Assembly: GCA_030324005.1 (NCBI GenBank)
Contig: JARDVH010000031.1
Coordinates: forward strand, 37,461,072-37,524,662
Origin: Negaprion brevirostris
Taxonomy: Eukaryota
Length of the DNA stretch: 63,591 nt
Direction: 5' to 3'
Shown one piece after another: positions 40,071-52,413 of the stretch. The first letter of the stretch is position 1. Each line of letters opens with the position of its first letter. A program made the translations under genes and the position numbers. Under the pieces are notes generated by a model that made no database searches, was not told the origin of the DNA, and worked only from the letters and a program-made list of their open reading frames with translations.

Positions 40071-40663
40071 ATGATTTAAATTCAAAAAGCAAGAAGGTAC
40101 AGAACAAAAAGAAAGAGCAAGAAAAGGTGGATAGTAGAAAACGACCAAATGAAAGGGAACGATCTAGAAAAGAGCAAGATGGCAGGTATCGTGGCACCAG
40201 TGAGGAGCAGGAAAACAAACAGGAAAGAAATAGTGGCAGAACTTACAGGCAATCCAGAGAGGGGAGAGATGAATCAGCTAGGTATGATAGAGAAGAGACA
40301 CGTGAGCGTGATCGGACACGCGATCGGGACAGGGGTCGAGACAGAAACAGAGACTTCGCAGATAAACGTGCTGACTGCAGAAAAGATGACACAAGAAACC
40401 ATTCTCGCTCTGAAAATGATCGAAACAGCTCCAGAAGCAAAGATGGCAATGATCACTACAGTCGCAGAAGAGAAAAGTCAAAATCTAAAGAGAGAAGTCG
40501 CAAAGAAATGACTTCCAGAAACAGTGAGGAGGACCGTGCAAAAAATGGTGTAGATAAACGATCTGGAAAGCATGACCGCCAGGAGAGCAGGTATTCGGAG
40601 CGTTGTAAGGATTACAGGAAGGATGAAGACAGATGGAGAGAAAGTTCCCCAAGAAGACACTAA
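40071..40663 (+). CDS. CWC22: CWC22 last coding exon (R/S/D/E-rich C-terminus) ending ...RWRESSPRRH*
   Basis: tttttcttctttcacag acceptor. Phase 1 joins in frame with ORF 40127-40663. RRREKSKSKE..SRNSEEDRAKNG..SRYSE resembles the recalled mammalian CWC22 tail. TAA at 40661-40663. Confidence 0.93.
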
Positions 40664-40836
40664 ATAGCATTTATAGTGCTGTAATTTGGAAAAACGATAT
40701 TGCCAAAGCTCTTGGGGCTGTACTAATGCCACAGCTAAAGGAGAAGGAACCATGTCTTGCAAAGAACTGCTGATCTGTATGTAGTTTCCACTGGAACCTT
40801 ACAAACTGCAATTTCCAGTTGTCATCTTTTGTAATT

Positions 40837-40842
40837 AATAAA
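40837..40842 (+). promoter_or_regulatory. Candidate proximal polyadenylation signal AATAAA
   Basis: About 175 nt after the stop, preceded by tgta motifs. Confidence 0.5.
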
Positions 40843-41012
40843 AATCTGCATTTCAAACAAATTCTGAGGGAATACCTTCAAGCAAATGTTTCCTTTTGGA
40901 CAAATCTGAAAGATGTGCAGATTTATTTTGTGGACAGTGATATCTTTGATAATGCATTTATAGAGGATTTGACATTCTCTTGTTTCATGTAAATGTTTTG
41001 TTTGTCAATTCA

Positions 41013-41018
41013 AATAAA
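41013..41018 (+). promoter_or_regulatory. Candidate distal polyadenylation signal AATAAA
   Basis: Upstream tgta and a U-rich tract (tgtaaatgttttgtttg), with T/GT-rich sequence downstream. Confidence 0.6.
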
Positions 41019-41929
41019 AATCGTGCAGATATGTCACTTCTTTGAAGGATTTTATCAAATACAGATACAGTTGAGTTTGTACCACATTTTGTTTTCAGGA
41101 AGGCCTGTTTCATTTTACCATTTGTGAGTCAGATTAAAAATCAATGTCCAGCAAATAGATCTTTGACTTTGGCAAGTCGTTACACCATTTTTTTTAAAGA
41201 GGTACTGTAATTAAGTTAATTAAATATAATAGGAAGAATGCATCACTTTAATTTGAGATATATAGAAAGAAAAATTATATCTATATTAAAATTCACTATC
41301 TCAGTCTAAATGTGTAATAGAATTTTAAATTAATACTTTGAAGTGCCTTTTCTGAAGTTTAGGCAATTAGCATTGACTGGTGTAATAATATGGGCAGTTA
41401 GTCCGGTCAGCAAAAGTCAGTTTAATACATTAATACTGCACTACAGCTTAAGCTAAAGGCATTAATAATACTTCAATACTGCAACCTTAAAACGTAATCC
41501 TGCCCATTCTATGATTTCACTGTAAAACTTAATTTTGCAGTGTGTTCAGAACAGCACTTTCAAAAGCGTAATGTTCCTATTTGTGATTTTTCTCAACCAA
41601 ACACTGAAGGCTATCTCTTGATATGTTATTAGTGGCTAAGACTTTGAGCCATAACATATACTGATTGCTTTGTGACAAAGGTGTGTACAATTAATGTAAA
41701 CTCACTGTCTTTGAACTACTTGAGACTGAATCTTTAGATTGGCAGTTGTGAAAGGTTATAAAATCTGGTTGTTGTAATAATATTAAATGAGTTTAAGACC
41801 AACCAGTTGAATATTTTTCAAATAGTTATAGTTAAGTATGTGTGCTTGAAATCACAAAAATACAACTTACTTGTACCTATGGCAGAAACTGATCTGTTGG
41901 ACTATTTACTAATTTTTAACAAGTAATTC

Positions 41930-42600
41930 TCTGCATGTGGATGGTGATGGCAAGGCCACATTTATTGTTCATGCCAAGTACCCACCGAAAATTGATGGGA
42001 ATTCTTGTAGTGATGGTGTTCAATCACTGGCATTAGGGAATTCCAGAATATTGATCCACCTTGATGAGAGAAAATCAGTTCATGTCCAAGGCAGAATGAT
42101 GTGCAGCTCGAGAATTTGGGAGTAATGCTGTTTTCATAATCTTGCTGCTGCAGTTTTCAAATCAGGACCGTGACACATTTTTGAAGTAAAGTTGGCAAGT
42201 TTCTGCAGCTCATTTAAGTTGTGAACACTGTAGCTGGACCCTGCAGAGGTGGATATTGTGTTCTGTGATTAGGATGCTGATCAAATGGACTGCATTGTCC
42301 AAGATGGGGCCAAGACCAATGTTGCACTCAGATGAGTGGCAAGTAAGCTGGTCACACTGCTGACTAACTTTGTTGATGGTGGTGAGCCATTGAAGGGTGT
42401 GGGGAAAAGTGGCAGGTTGCAGAATATCAGTTTCGATCCTGAGATGTTTTAACATGGCTGGTCCAGTTAAACTTCTGGTGAGTGGTGATCTCCAAGGTGT
42501 TAATGGAAAAAGATTTGGTAATAATTTACATTACAGGTCAGGGCAAGAGCATTTTCTTTTTGTTGGAAATGGTCAAAGGTTAGCACATATGTGGTACTTT
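41930..42600 (-). mobile_element. Decayed 3' fragment of the CR1-group LINE family
   Basis: Tail ggcaaggccacatttattgttcatgcc and body collinear with 24110-24800. Confidence 0.55.
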
Positions 42601-42739
42601 TATCTTTCATGTGTCAGTTACACTCAGATTTGGTTGGAACATATAAAGCACTTTGATATTTTGCTTTCATCCAAGTAACTACTCACTATTCCAGGAATAC
42701 TAAAATAACACTGGCTGTCTTTTTTTTAAACTGTGAGAA

Positions 42740-44460
42740 GTTGTCTTAAATTTGCCCCCTCCACCTTCACCTCTAACAATAAGTAGAAATCTCTCATAGA
42801 CCTCTGTCATTACACGGAGACTATCCAATTCCCTTCCCTCTGCCACTTTCTTGCCTTCTCTTGTGGTGACCCCTTCTTGAGCTGTGAACTCTCATCTCTC
42901 TCTATTTTGTCCCCCTCTCCCCCCATGCCACCGAGCTCATCTTCTCCATGAAACTCATCCCCTGCTCCCTTAACCCTATTCCAGCTAAATAGCTGACCAC
43001 CCAGCCTGCCACGTTAGCTTTTATTTTGTTGTAGTTCTATCTCCTTGGGTACTGTCTTCTGCTGCCTCACCACCACTCTCGTCTTTAAATCTGCCATTGT
43101 CACTCCTCTCCATGCTATCTATCACCCCATGGCCAATTTCCCTTTTCTTTCCCAAGTCTTTGAATATGTTGCTATTTCCTGAGTCCATGTGTAGGTTTAC
43201 CAGAACTCCATTTTTGAATCCCACCAATCCAGTTAACACACATGACATCCTATGTGACTGACAAAGATAAAATTTACCCTTATTACTGTGTCAGCTTTGG
43301 GTGTGGTTCACCACACCATCTTCCTCCAGCACCTCACCACCGTCATTCAATTGAATGGGACTGGATTTGACTGGATCAATTCTTATCTACCCAGTTGCAG
43401 CCAGCAAATCACCAACAATAACTTCTCTTCTTTCAAGGATTTATCTTTGGCCCCCTCATATTTCTCATGTGCATGCTGGCCCTCAGCCACATCATCCCAG
43501 AACATACTTCCATTTGAACACTGACAGCACCATTGCTTCTTTTAACCCCTCTGTCTCAAAACTGTCTGACTGCATATCTACATCCCATTCTGGAGGGACA
43601 AAAATATTGATGAGACCAAAGCCATTGTCTTTGGTGCCTATTCCTGACATCATCCCTCTTGTTGACAATTGTGTGAGTTTGAGCCATAATATTCACATCT
43701 ATGACCCTGGGATGAGCTTCTGACAATATATCTACACTATGTCAGACATTTTTTCTTATCATCTTTGGTTCTTCTGTCATTAATCTTTAAATAGGTATGC
43801 TCTGTACATCTGCCATAGCTCATCTGCAGCTGAAACATTCATCTATACTTTTGTTATCTCTAGACTTGGCTTTTAATGCACTCCTGGCCAGCAGCTTTCC
43901 CATTCAAGTGTTGTTTTGCACAATCAGTTCTTTGAATGCATAGTACCTTTACATCATCTGGTGAAGTTACTGTGGCATATGNNNNNNNNNNNNNNNNNNN
44001 NNNNNNNNNNNNNNNNNNNNNNNNNNNNNNNNNNNNNNNNNNNNNNNNNNNNNNNNNNNNNNNCCTAACCTCTCTCAGGCTACCCTTTAAACTTGAGCTC
44101 ATGCAAAGCAATGCAGCCTCTGACCTAACTTGCATTATGTCCCATCCACATGTGATCCACTGTGCTCACTGACATACATTGACTCCCCAGCTTTACAACT
44201 GTTCAAAATACCTATGCTTCTTCTACTGTGACTACTTGAACGTGTCTGATTTTAACTATTTCACCATTGATGCCTTCAGGTTTGAATTCCTTCCATAAAT
44301 CTCTTCTTCTTGCTCCCTTCTAGTCAAATGCTCCTTAAAACTGGCCTCTTTGACCCTACTAAGTATCTTCATGTGTGGTTTGTATCAAAGTTTTGTTCCT
44401 TAACATCGCTGCGAAGGTCCTTTGGGCATTTAAATCCATTAAAGATGCTTTATAAGTTGT
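42740..44460 (+). mobile_element. L2 LINE fragment (RT and 3' end), decayed
   Basis: tcagctttgggtgtggttcaccacaccatcttcctccagcacctc (SA..xVxHTIxLQxL), taaacttgagctcatgcaaagcaatgcagcc, and tail aaagatgctttataagttg. Confidence 0.7.
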
Positions 44461-44789
44461 AACCCAGGTCCTGAATATTGTCCAGACCCTATCATAAGCT
44501 AGCCATGGATTTTATTATTGTCATAAGAGTTTAGGATGGAAGTGAACATCATGTAATCATCCAGAAACAGCGCTGCTTAACCTAATATCAAATCACTGAT
44601 GAAGCAGCTGGAGATGCTGGTTAGACACTGCCCTTAGAAACCTTAGTGCAATGCTCTAGAGCTGTGATTGCACTCCCGTCTAAAATATTTTCCCATTGAT
44701 CTCGCTTTTACTCAGATTCCTGCTTATCATTCTTTATCAGGTGTTAATTTTGATGTTGAAAGTAACTGCTCTTGTGTTTTTTTTTCCTG

Positions 44790-45500
44790 TATCATCATCT
44801 CAATTGAAGAAGGTGGAAGAGAGTACGTCCAGAGTGCGTGGGGTCCTTGAGTATGCTGGATGCTTTTCCAAGGTAGCGGGAAGTGTAGATGGGTGGGAGG
44901 CTTGTTTGTGTGCTGGTCTGGGCTATGTTCAGAACCCTTTGTAGTTTCTTGCAGTCTTGGTAGAGCAGGAGCCATACAGTGCTCTGATACACCCCAAAAG
45001 GATGTTTTCAGTGGTACATCAAGGTGACAGTCATTGCCCTTCATGACAAATTTTCTTAGCCTCCTGAGAAAGTAGAGGCATTGGTGGGCATTCTTGACTA
45101 TAGCATAGGTTTGAAGGGGCCAGGACAAGTTGTTGGTGATCCGGACACCTAGAAAATTGAAGCTCTCAACCAATTCCACTTCATCCCTATTGATGGACTT
45201 GGGCATGTTCTCCACTGTCTCCTGAAGTGGATTATCTCCTTCATTTTACTGATATTGAGGGAGAGATTTTTGTCATCATTTCACCAGATTCTCTATCTCT
45301 TTCCTGTACTTCATCTTGTCATTGTTTGAGATCAGACCCACTACAGTAGTGTCATCTACAAACTTGAAGATGGTGTTGGAGCAGATTTAGCCACAGAGTC
45401 ATAAGTATATTAGTAAGGGGCTGAGGACACAGCCTTGTGGGGCATCGGTGTTGAGGGTAATCGTGGAACAGGTGTTGTTACCTATCCTTAATGATTGTGA
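44790..45500 (-). mobile_element. Rex1/Babar-like LINE RT 3' fragment
   Basis: ORFs 44727-45215 and 44795-44992 give VELVESFNFLGVRITNNLSW..VKNAHQCLYFLRRLRKF and QDCKKLQRVLNIAQ..LPPIYTSRYLGKASSILKDPTH. KFVDDTTVVGLI lies near 45330-45365. Confidence 0.8.
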
Positions 45501-48483
45501 TCAAGGTCTTTTCCATCATTTGACCTACAATTGAATGGAATCCTCAGGCAATAATTGGCCAGGTTAGATTCTTCATGTATTTTGTTTGGAAAATATTTGG
45601 ATAGTTATCCACATTGTAAATACCAGTGTAACAGCCATTCTAAAGTAACTTGTCTTGATTTTTAGTTGAGATCTTCTCAGCTCCCACAGTCTTCACTAAA
45701 TTCTATATACTTAGCTACTTCTTGAAGTGACATGGAGTGAATGTAGATTGGCATCTATAATGGATACTTATGGAGGAGGTGGCAGCAACTGTAAACATTT
45801 GAGCCTTGCTGTTTACACTTGTGTTAGGCTGTTCTTCAAGATAGGTATGTTTTTGGAGCTGAATGCTTGTCCTCCACCATTCTCAAAAGATTTGTGGTGT
45901 TAATACAAAACTTGCAGTTGACCAATAGTTGACTTGCTTTGACAGCATGCTGCTTTGATGTTTAACATGCAGATACCTGTTTCGTAGCTTCATAAGATTG
46001 GTGCCCCATTTTTAGGTGTGCCCAATTTTTGATATGCTCTTTTATACGTTCCATTGAAAGAGGGCAAATCTCCTTGATGGGGAGGTGAACAATGAGCCAG
46101 ACCATAATGTAGTGGATTGTACACCTCTGCTGTTGCTAATGACTCAGTTTTTTTAGATGACCACTTTTGAACTGTGTCATTATTTTAGAGTGATCTCTAT
46201 GTGAAAACTTTACCTTCACAATAATGCTGCAGTACCCACTTATACCAGTACTGTCATCGGCAAATGTGTCTCGCACACTTTAGATGAGGATAAAATCAAG
46301 ACAGTATTTTACTGTACCGGTGCTCTCTCCACCTGATGCAACCTGGCAGTGTTTAAAAGTAGTCTTTTATATAAATGGCACTGGCATCACTGAAAGCAAA
46401 ACACTAACCTCACAAGTTAGATATACCCTGGGGTTCTGGAAGCAATAGCAGCCCAGAAATATTTACATAGCTGTTAACATAATTGGATCCATCTCAGTTT
46501 GTTTTTCTTGGTTAACCTATGCAAACCAATATATGTTTGTTTGTACCATCTCAGATTTGAGGAATAAAATATGACCAGAGACTAAATCCAAATGAGACTT
46601 GTGAACCACTATATACATAACCCATAAGATGATGATGTTCCCTTTGATGTTTCAGATACTGCTCTATAGAACTGCAGTGAAGTCAAAACAGCAGTTGCTT
46701 CATCGCATTGCAGAATCACTTCCATTGAATGCATCATAAGAAAGAATGTTCATTAGTTTCAAGCTCATTGCAAATCAGGAGTATCAAACATTAAGTACAT
46801 GAAACAGCTTAATATTGTCACAGTGTTTTGCTAAGGTTTTCCACACCTCCCTAGTACCAAAATTAATAACCTTGGAAAATAATNNNNNNNNNNNNNNNNN
46901 NNNNNNNNNNNNNNNNNNNNNNNNNNNNNNNNNNNNNNNNNNNNNNNNNNNNNNNNNNNNNNNNNNNNNNNNNNNNNNNNNNNNNNNNNNNNNNNNNNNN
47001 NNNNNNNNNNNNNNNNNNNNNNNNNNNNNNNNNNNNNNNNNNNNNNNNNNNNNNNNNNNNNNNNNNNNNNNNNNNNNNNNNNNNNNNNNNNNNNNNNNNN
47101 NNNNNNNNNNNNNNNNNNNNNNNNNNNNNNNNNNNNNNNNNNNNNNNNNNNNNNNNNNNNNNNNNNNNNNNNNNNNNNNNNNNNNNNNNNNNNNNNNNNN
47201 NNNNNNNNNNNNNNNNNNNNNNNNNNNNNNNNNNNNAGGAATGGGATGGACTGGATGTAAGGTTGGGCAGTCCCTTCAGTCGGGAACAGTCGTGTCAAAA
47301 GGGAGTGTAATAAGTTAGTGAAACTTTGAACCTTTACTGTGGGTAGACAGTGGAAAATTGTATCACTTGCTTGGTGAAAGGGGCGTATGAGTACAGGGAC
47401 TGAACTGCATGCCCAAATTTTATATTGCAAACACCCAAAACATGGAGTGAGGTGCAGGAGGACTCGCAGAAACTGACAGTAGTGCTGTGAAGCTAAAAGG
47501 AACATGCCTGCTCTACAAAAGGGAAGGGAGAAAATATTACTTCCCAGCTATTTCTTTGGCGACTGCTACCAGTCCTTTTCAGGACTGTCATTGTGAACTT
47601 GCAAAACCCATCCCAGCTTGCTTGGCACATGCCCCACCCAGGTTTCCATGTATTTTGCAGAAGGGACCAAAACAGGTATGGGATCCCTTTTTTTGCATAC
47701 TTTGATTGTTGCACTGCTGTTTCTAGACAGGTGCCTGAAAAAGTGAAGGCCACTGCTGTGCCTTGAAATTTCTATATGTTCCCATTTTCTACCCAAAACA
47801 AAAGTGAAACCAAATGTGTTCAGACCACATGTTGAATTTGGAGAGTACCGGACATCTGATCACGCCCGCTGTATCCTAAGCTGTGTCAAACAAGTGTTAC
47901 ATAAGTAGGTAGAAAGTTAACTGGTGTCTGAACAAATGTGTTAAATGTGCAATGCAAGGACAACTAATTGAATTTGTGTTGAAAGTACAGACAGCAAACT
48001 CAACCTGTAAACTTGATAGAGATTTTGGTTATGACTGTGGGACTTATGTCTCTCAGCAAAGGCAAAACTACATGCATAAGTTTAGTATTTATTTATATGA
48101 ATGATGTTTTATGTTGATAGATTATGCAATGGTTTTAGGAAACAGAAATATTTTAGATTTCATTTTTTGTTTCCGAAGAATACCTTAATTGGGAATGGTT
48201 GGTTTAATTCTTGAAAGGATGATTTCCAAGATTCAGTCAGTTTGCTCAGGTAAATCAAGCATGGATGTATTAATTTTGTATTAAAGTATGATTGATAAGA
48301 TGGGATTATGGTTGCAGTCATTGCTTGTAAGAATTGTAGGAATGGATATAATACTGCAGGTTGAATAGAAACTGATCTATTCAGTATGTAATAATGTATG
48401 TATCTAAGCATTTAGAATTGTATAGTTAATGCTAAGAATGTTGCTGACTTGATCATGTTAATTTGTAGTATTTTTTTAATTAA

Positions 48484-49410
48484 AGGAGCTGTATGCTTTA
48501 ATTTGTGCCTGACTATCCTTTTTGGACTGAACATTTTTTAAGAATTTGTGCTCTGCCTCTTTACAGTAGCAAGATCAATTTTTCAGAAACACCATAAATT
48601 ATCTTAATGCGTAATGTCAAATTCTGCAGTCACTTCTGGCACAGAAGGAGGTTGTTGAGCCCATTAAGTCCATGCTGGCTTCCTGTAAAGAAAGACAGTC
48701 CTTCTTCCCCTTTAGTTGTACTGAGTGTTTAAGACATTGTTTGGATAACCTATTTTTATGCAATACTGAATACGTTTTAATTACTGTGTGGTGCCTCTTA
48801 AAGATTGCTTTATGGTTTCTACTTGGTTTATTTTTTGAAGTTACAATACAACAATGTGGTTTGTTTCACTGCTAATTCAAACTCGAGTTCCTGATCTCAA
48901 ATCACATTGTGTGCAGGAAATACCAAGAATCCAACTTTGGATGAAGGTTTAAACTAAGCTGCTTTATTTGCTTCCTGCAAGGAGTTGTTAACATTAGCAG
49001 CAATGCAAGAACATAACATCACTTCAGTACCTCCAGCGAGTAGAGGACAGGTAAGGGACAGGAATCAAGAAGAAATTCGGGCACGTTACCATCCAAAAAG
49101 TTACAGACAAATTCAGGTGTTTCCAGCCTGGCATTTTTTTCGTACTTTTAGAAATAATCGTAGATATAAACTGTTTAATTGCTTATTAAATGCATAATAT
49201 CCAGTTGATTTTTATAAAAATGACACTTCAGAATATTGAGTGGTAAACGATCACAGAAAAATCAGCACCAAGTCGCACGTATGCTATAGAAGGCATTTAT
49301 ATCTGAAAATTTGAAATGTGGTGTGATGCTGACTGGTGGATGTAATTTCAACAGTACTATATGTTTCACTGGTGCACTAGAATAGGCATATATAAAAGCA
49401 TACAGCTCCT
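48484..49410. mobile_element. TIR-bounded MITE with TTAA-type target site (Kolobok-like)
   Basis: ttaa|aggagctgtatgcttt at 48480 and aaagcatacagctcct|ttac at 49395-49414. The inverted match is 19/19 including flank and extends imperfectly to about 30 bp. Confidence 0.6.
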
Positions 49411-50379
49411 TTACAGAAATAAATTAGACATTAACATTGTGAACTTTTCCTGATGTTTTGCATTTTCTAATGATACAACTAAAGTTAATTACTTTGTCAA
49501 ACTAATTTCTTGTTCTATGAACAAGATAATATACCTGACCAAGATAAAGATGGCATCAATAATCGAAGGCTGAAATGACTGGTATGTTCTCTCAGATATC
49601 TCCTCTAATTGGTTCTGAGTGGGTATCTAAAATCAAGTTGGAGGCTGATATATATTTGTTGTAACTTCTGCAAATGCTGTTTTTGCTTTATGGCTGGCTC
49701 TCCATTTATTGATGTTGGGTTTTAATTTCTGGAAATGTTTATATCTAAATGCAAAAGATGGATTTGATGTGTCAAGACTTTGGAAATAACCGTAGGACTG
49801 ATGGTGTAGCTGCCTAATGCAGCTACTGTTGTCCTTATTTTGAATGCTGGATTTTTTTACCACACTGCAATGCAGTGAAGAGGCAATTGTAATAGAAAGA
49901 ATTTGTACATATATTTCATGCCAGGTTCATGAAAACCCTCAAAAATGTTACGTTAAAACACCATAATATAACGATCCAGACTCTATTTCTAAAAGTATGC
50001 ACCAGAATGTTATTGGGTGCTTTCTCTAAAATTGGGTTTAGTTGATTGGATATTTGAGTACTATCTTGCTGTTTTATTGCTTTGCAAAAGGCAATTTACT
50101 GATATCTTCTTAAATCTAGGCCTAATTTTGCTATCTTTAATACGTACATAATTGCTTATTTATAAGCTATTACTATTATAACTGTCTACAAGGGGAACTG
50201 AATGTGGCATGCAAAACAGGTAAATTTGCATTGCAGGTAATGACTTTGGGGTGGCCTTTACACCGAGAACCATTCAGGTCCAGAAAGGTTGATCAGATCA
50301 AAAGAAAGTTGATGCTGAAAAAAATTCCCCCAAGAAGTCATCCCAGAACTGAAAATTCCTGCTGCCATAATTATTTCTA

Positions 50380-51335
50380 GGATGCGAACTGCTCTGTTAA
50401 AAGCAATCAAAGTAGTGGCATTGATCATTGATGTGAGTGGGTTCATTCAAGTATCAGATGGAGATTTCTGAGGTATCTTGCAATCTGTAGTGCATTGTTG
50501 CATCATCAAATTCCAAATACCTTGTTTGCCTGGGACACTCATTTTACATCATTGAAAATTCAAGAGGACCCTACAATTTTACTATCTGGCTGAATTCACT
50601 AAAATGTGGAATAGGGGATAATTGTAATGAAATCGGCCATGTTGACTTGTGTGCCAAATATCCATCCCTTTCATTAGTATGAAAGCATCCATTCCAAGAA
50701 TGCATATTATTCTGAGTTCATGATCATCAAACCGAAGCATAGAAAATAGAAGCAGGAGTAGGCCATTTGGTCCTTTGAGCCAGCTCTGCTATTCATTTTG
50801 ATCAAGGTTGATCATCTAAATCAGTATCCTGATCTCGCCTTCCCTGCATATATCTTGATCCCTTTAGCCCCAAGAGCTGTATCTATTTTTTTTCTTGAGA
50901 TTACACAATGTTTTGGCCTCAACCACTTTCTACGATAGTGAATTCTACAGGTTCACCACTCTCTGGGTCAAGAAATTTCTCCTCACCTCAATTCTAAAAG
51001 GTTTACCCCTTATCCTCAAACCATGACTGCTAGTTCTGGACTCCCCCACCATCAAGAACATTCTTTCAGAGTAACAAACTGAGTGTCTTCAGCTATGATT
51101 CGTTCATTTTATACCAAACTGAAGTGCCACCGTTATTTCTGAGACCAAGATGACTGCATCCAGAATGAAGGATATTATGACCATTTACCCCTTTGAAAAC
51201 AGTAGACTTGTAGACCTGTGTGTGATGGAGCAGATCAAGAACACCCTGGAGCAAGGTTCAGGTGCCTGGATTGATCAATTCCAAGCTGTCCAAAATGATC
51301 ACCTGTGTGTTGCACAAGTTCATCTTGCAAAGATT
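50380..51335 (+). pseudogene. Decayed PIF/Harbinger (HARBI1-like) transposase, interrupted by a CR1 fragment
   Basis: One frame from 50382 reads MRTALLKAIKVVALIIDVSGFIQVSDGDF*GILQSVVHCCI. After the insert come SYDSFILYQTEVPPLF and RFRCLD*S. These match Harbinger DDE transposase motifs (ASGSFQ..GD...SQS.VH.CI; HDSFIL; RFRCLD). Confidence 0.65.
50737..51068 (-). mobile_element. CR1 3' end inserted in the Harbinger relic
   Basis: catagaaaatagaagcaggagtaggccatttggtcc tail, plus gaattctacaggttcaccactctctgggtcaagaaatttctcc (FFTQRVVNLWNS-like on -). Confidence 0.85.
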
Positions 51336-51965
51336 CCTCGCCAAGGAGCGGGCAAGAGATGGAAGGATTGTAAGATGACCTTGACCAGCAGTTTGGAGGC
51401 TTAAATGAATTGTAAGATGGGCTGTAACCTAAGATTGATTTAAATACCTGAAGCTCCTGTACACATCAATCGTATACATATTCCCAAGATCCTCACCCAA
51501 TAAAGCGTCATTTCACTTGGACAAGTGTCTAAGCCAAAACAGATGAATGCAACATAATTTTTTCACAACTCTGTTCATGTTAAACCAAAAGAGCTAAAGG
51601 TACTTGCTGATATCAATGAATCTTAACTTTTATTCAACATTGCAGTTGATGGTGTCGATTTGCTCAACATGCTTTGCCCCAGTGTTTTTCTCTGTGAAAA
51701 TTTAGTAAAAGTTCCTACAACATTGGGTAAGGGAGTTAGATGGTTGCAGGATTCTTGAGTTCTCTCAATGGAGGTAACAGTATCTCATTCTGTTGGCTTA
51801 GGAGTTGGACCTGCAACTATTGGCAGCCAGACGTATTAACAACGTATTAACATTGGCTGCTGGAGCTGTATACTCAAAGTCACATATATAAGCATTTGAA
51901 CTAGATGGCTAGCTAATGGATAACTTCACCCTCCCAAATATCTGTGCCATCTTCCAAAATTCCTT

Positions 51966-52181
51966 TGTAAGAAGACTCAGAACACCAGGTTAAAATCCAA
52001 CTGGATTATTTAGAACCAAGAGCTTTCAGAGTGCTGACCCTTCAGGTGATTGACCTCACTCACCTAATGAAGGAGCAATGCACTGAAAGCTTATGATTCC
52101 AAGTGAACCTGTTGGACTTTAACCTGGTGTTACGAGACTCCTTACTGTGCCTACTCCAGTCTAATGCTGAAATCGCCACAT
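51966..52181. mobile_element. Penelope-like non-autonomous element: inverted pLTR pair with degenerate hammerhead core
   Basis: Inverted arms of about 85 bp (51967-52049 vs 52060-52145), core cacctaatgaaggagcaatgcactgaaagc, and direct repeat caaaattcctt at 51955-51965 and 52182-52192. Confidence 0.7.
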
Positions 52182-52204
52182 CAAAATTCCTTAATCACTG
52201 GATG

Positions 52205-52413
52205 CAATAACAACATAACAAAAGCTTGCATATATATCGTGCCTTTAATAACTTCAGGAAATGTTAAATTCTTCCTTAGCCAATAAAGTACCTTTTAAAT
52301 TGTCAGAAAATGTTGGAAACTTGGCAGCAAATTTGTAAACAGCGAGGTCTCACAGCCATGTGATACTGATGCTGATTGATGAATATTAGCCAGAACATTG
52401 GAGAGACAACCCC
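52205..52413 (-). mobile_element. Decayed DeuSINE (SacSINE1/AmnSINE-like) 3' part
   Basis: Minus strand reads gttctggctaatattcatc...ctcgctgtttacaaatttgctgccaagtttccaacatt...tactttattggct...aaaggcacgatatatatgcaagc, resembling the recalled Deu-domain and L2-type tail. Confidence 0.5.

Noticed and set aside
40149-40856. Multiple overlapping alternative-frame and antisense ORFs over the last CWC22 exon
   Set aside because: Explained by the purine-rich low-complexity coding sequence lacking stops in other frames.
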